This document shows, one piece after another, positions 60,715 to 64,000 of a DNA stretch of 64,000 bases. The stretch spans positions 1-64,000 of the forward strand of contig JYFJ02001518.1 of the NCBI GenBank assembly GCA_000934665.2, given 5' to 3'. The DNA is from Catajapyx aquilonaris (Eukaryota). How positions within the stretch are numbered: the stretch's first letter is position 1; every line of letters starts with the position of its first letter. The notes beneath the pieces are model-generated. The model was not told the origin of the DNA, made no database searches, and saw only the letters and a program-made list of their open reading frames with translations. A program made the position numbers and the translations under genes.

Positions 60715-61509
60715 TGCAAGCCAAAGAGGCCATCACAACCATCTGGAAGAGATGGTTCATCACCAAGCTGTCATCTGCAGTGTCCAATGGCTGTTGTCTG
60801 GACAGAGGATTGCTGTTCTGTCATAGTATAGGAGGCAGTTGAAATCCTAGTTTCCATAACTCTAAACATATGATTGTTAGCAATGCAAATATTCCCATCA
60901 GATAATATGAATCACTCAAAGTCGAGTGGGGCAAGAGCACGCATTTAGTTTTTGAGCTCATATATCTCGTTTACCAAAAGAGCCAGAACCTCAAAATTCT
61001 CAAACCCATTTCTTTCAAATACACAGGGACCTTTATTTTAATTCGGAATTAATTTAATGTAATGATTTTTTTTACAAACAACAACACAAACACACTTTTA
61101 CCCCACTGGTGCGGTGGGGCAAAAGTGCGCATATAACAAAGGATTTGAAAGAACTACATAAACCTCACTATGTTCTTCAGACACTACAAATTAGATTTGG
61201 TGGGCAAAAGGCATTTATAAGCATAGCCACAGCTAATTAGGCATTTGCATGATGAAGTCATAATAATATTGCAACAATAGGTGGATTATTTTATATTTTA
61301 AAATTGCCTTGCTAGTCTAATTGCTTTCAATGAGCGAGGCAGTGACACAGCATGCCTTTGGAAGTTTCACTGTTGACAACAGCATCATTCTAAGTTGGAA
61401 GCAATCATTAATCGTAGAAGAACTGGGCAGAGGAACTGCCAGAAGTTGCTTGGAAATGACATGAGATTGCTTGAATTTCAGTCGTGAGCACAATTTCATT
61501 AGGAACTGG

Positions 61510-61848
61510 GGAGGTGTGGTGGCCGAGATGGTAACGTCTGGGCTTGCTGAGTGAAAGGCCCCAGGTTCGATCCCTGCCTGGGGAACTTTCCTTTCACCTG
61601 CGTCAGGAGGGTCTCTCTGACCTGCACCAAGGAGGTGTCTGGCAACCTAACCTCCTGGGGAACAACACATGGCCCATTAGCTACGACATTGCACCTTGCA
61701 CCCATGTTCCCTCCCCAAAAATCCCTATCCTTTCCCATTGTCCCTGTTTCCTTGCACCGGCGAATGAAGTGAAAATATATACAGAAAACTGATGGTGGTA
61801 TGCCAACCCCCTATAGCTCCCGTAAGGGACATCACAGGGCAAAAAGAA

Positions 61849-61905
<57 letters not shown>
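61510..61905 (+). mobile_element. tRNA-derived SINE family A, full length, (AAT)n tail
   Basis: A box tggccgagatgg, B box ggttcgatccc, 18-bp duplication aatttcat(t/a)aggaactgg. Confidence 0.92.
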
Positions 61906-61908
<3 letters not shown>

Positions 61909-62202
61909 TTCATAAGGAACTGGAAAGTTCATTAAAATCACACGTCAATTCAATTTCGAATGAAATAATTTTGCTGCAGGAGGGTGCATCTCAGTTGGGA
62001 TGGAGTGAACATGTGGATAGCCAATTATTGTCGGTGTCGATTTGTCCATGCACCAACTCCCATCATGCAGTGCGGTCCGACAGTGATGTTGACAATAGAA
62101 TCCCAGGAGGTCACTGGGACTTCCACACCTGGTGTGCAGCCTGGATCAGGATTCCTCTGAGGCAGCCATTGAGGTCTGAAGCTGGGATTCAACCATGATA
62201 AC

Positions 62203-63845
62203 AGGCAAGACGCTCCAAGTGGACGTGGTAGAATTGGATCAGTGAATTTATTTGCTGTTGTGTCCCGCTGAACCTTACAGGGAGGATTTTAAGTTGATTG
62301 TTTCTGTGGGAGCTGAAGGGTGTTGCATGTTGCAGTGTTCAGTTGACAGTAAGTTCTTCCCTGTGTTTATTTCCTGGTTTGGGGTAATTGCCTCAGAGTC
62401 CTCAGAGCCATGTCCTCAGAGTCGGGGCAATGGAAAAATTTGATGGCAAAGTGCCAGGGCAGTGATGCAAACAATTGAAGGGGTCGGTGCAATACCGCCC
62501 TAACCCACCAAATGACACAAATTGAGTTAAGCACACTTCCATGTACTACACTCATGTATCTAATAAAATCCATTGAAATTGTGCAGTTTCTGCCATCGGT
62601 CACTGAGAAATCAAATGAAATAAGTCACATGGTATATGGGATGTATATGGCCTCTCAAACTTTCAACTGCAGTTTTCTCAAAATCAGGTTTGGGAGGGTT
62701 AGGGCAGTATTGCACCGACCCCTTCAATTATTCCAGAAGATATTCTCACCTGTTCTATCCATAGGTGAGACATGATCCTGCTCTCTGAGTGTACAATGAA
62801 AGTTTGGTACAGTACAATCTGATGTCATTGTTTCAGACTGATTCATATTTTCAGGATGTGGGTAAGATGAGCCTACAATACAAAGGATTCAGTCTCTCAT
62901 CATCAATGGAGATCCAGTCAACCCAGAGATGAAGTGGAATACCTACAGGACATTTTGGAGAAGGAAGATGTTGGGCCTGATGAAGGACAAATGTGACGAA
63001 CACCATGGTCAGCTAGGTGTGACAGCAAGAAGGTGTTTGTGTTGATTCGTGTGGGGCTGTCCATAAATCACGTGACACTTTTTTGGGCCATTTTTGACCC
63101 CCCCCCCCCCCCCCCCCCCNACAGTGACATTTGGGGTAACCCCCTCTCCCCGCCCCTTTGTCACATGACATATTTTGTTCCTATTGAGACTGCATTTGTA
63201 CTTGACAATATTGTGTCAACTCATCTTTTACTGACTGTCAACAATCTGCTAGTTGGCACAACTGGAAACCAACAATCCAATCCAAATACCTGTGTATCCA
63301 GACTTTAGAGTCACCTTGAATGCCTGATTCAACAACAATAGCCTACATATTATAGCAACAATAGTGTTTGCGACACGTTTCCAACACCTTGGGAGCCCAC
63401 CCACCCCACCCGCATTGCTAAGGTGCGGGAAAATGATATATCAACTATAAAAACCAGGGTCACCAGGATATATGAACAAATCATTGTTGAACAGGTACAG
63501 TCGTATACTATGGTCTTACATAGGGGCTGCTTGCCCATAAACAATGAAGTGTGTAGTGAGGTGTCTGAACTCGACTGCAGCTCCGACGTGTAGTGACCAT
63601 ATTGACCCTCCTGCTGGAAGTGATGACCCTGCCACAGCCAAGTACGGGAAGAGGCAATTACCCCAAACCAGGAAAAAATAAACACACGGAAGAACTTACT
63701 GTCAACTGAACACTGCGACATGCGACACCTTTCAGCTCCCACAGAAACAATCAACTCAAAATCCTCCCTGTAAGGTTCAGTGAGACACAACAGCAAATAA
63801 ATTCACTGATCCAATTCTACCACGTTCACTTGGAACGTCTTGCCT
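62203..63845. repeat. Inverted duplication of about 190 bp (62203-62394 versus 63651-63845), probably two fragments of one decayed retroelement
   Basis: Direct sequence comparison; the ORF track shows the same peptide on opposite strands. Confidence 0.8.
62474..62729. mobile_element. MITE with 34-bp TIRs
   Basis: aattgaaggggtcggtgcaataccgccctaaccc / gggttagggcagtattgcaccgaccccttcaatt. Confidence 0.85.
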
Positions 63846-63871
63846 GTGGTCTTGCCCCAGCACAGACGCTT

Positions 63872-64000
63872 AACATGAGTACGTTGTTAAACTCAGCAGC
63901 TGCGGCAGCGAAACAGAAGAGTAACAATAAAATAACAATATTACTTATTGTTACTCTTTTGTTTCGCTGCCGCTGCCACTGAGTTTAACGTCCTCCATGT
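63872..64000. repeat. Hairpin MITE at the window end
   Basis: ttaaactcag..gcggcagcgaaaca..agagtaacaataa followed by its inverse. Confidence 0.78.

Noticed and set aside
61510..61580. tRNA gene
   Set aside because: A and B boxes are present, but the sequence continues into a repeated SINE body with a tail and target duplication.

Overview
Eukaryotic genomic DNA, most likely from an insect or other hexapod. This is inferred from the insect-type [11 protein letters not shown] insert in the SAPS protein and from the long UFSP2 form. Four spliced housekeeping genes were rebuilt by hand from GT-AG sites and reading-frame continuity. They form two head-to-head pairs: PPP6R/SAPS (minus, 16 coding exons, about 919 aa) with fuzzy (plus, 7 exons, 414 aa), and MTRR (minus, 11 exons, 676 aa) with UFSP2 (plus, 2 exons, 568 aa). 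Introns are either about 58-75 nt or several hundred bp to kilobases long. The long introns are packed with roughly 40 inverted-repeat or foldback non-autonomous DNA transposons (piggyBac-, Tc1/mariner-, pogo/Tigger-, PIF/Harbinger-, hAT- and P-like), often nested. The window also holds three tRNA-derived SINE families, a decayed Ty3/Gypsy element and Helitron 3' ends. The best leads are: (1) a covarying 3' stem-loop shared by three unrelated SINE families and by orphan tails; (2) a V-domain-like SINE in an arthropod; (3) a MITE closely resembling mammalian MER46/Tigger4; (4) near-complete palindromes in almost every long intron, including a mariner caught in the act of becoming one. Family names come from recalled motifs; no database search was run.
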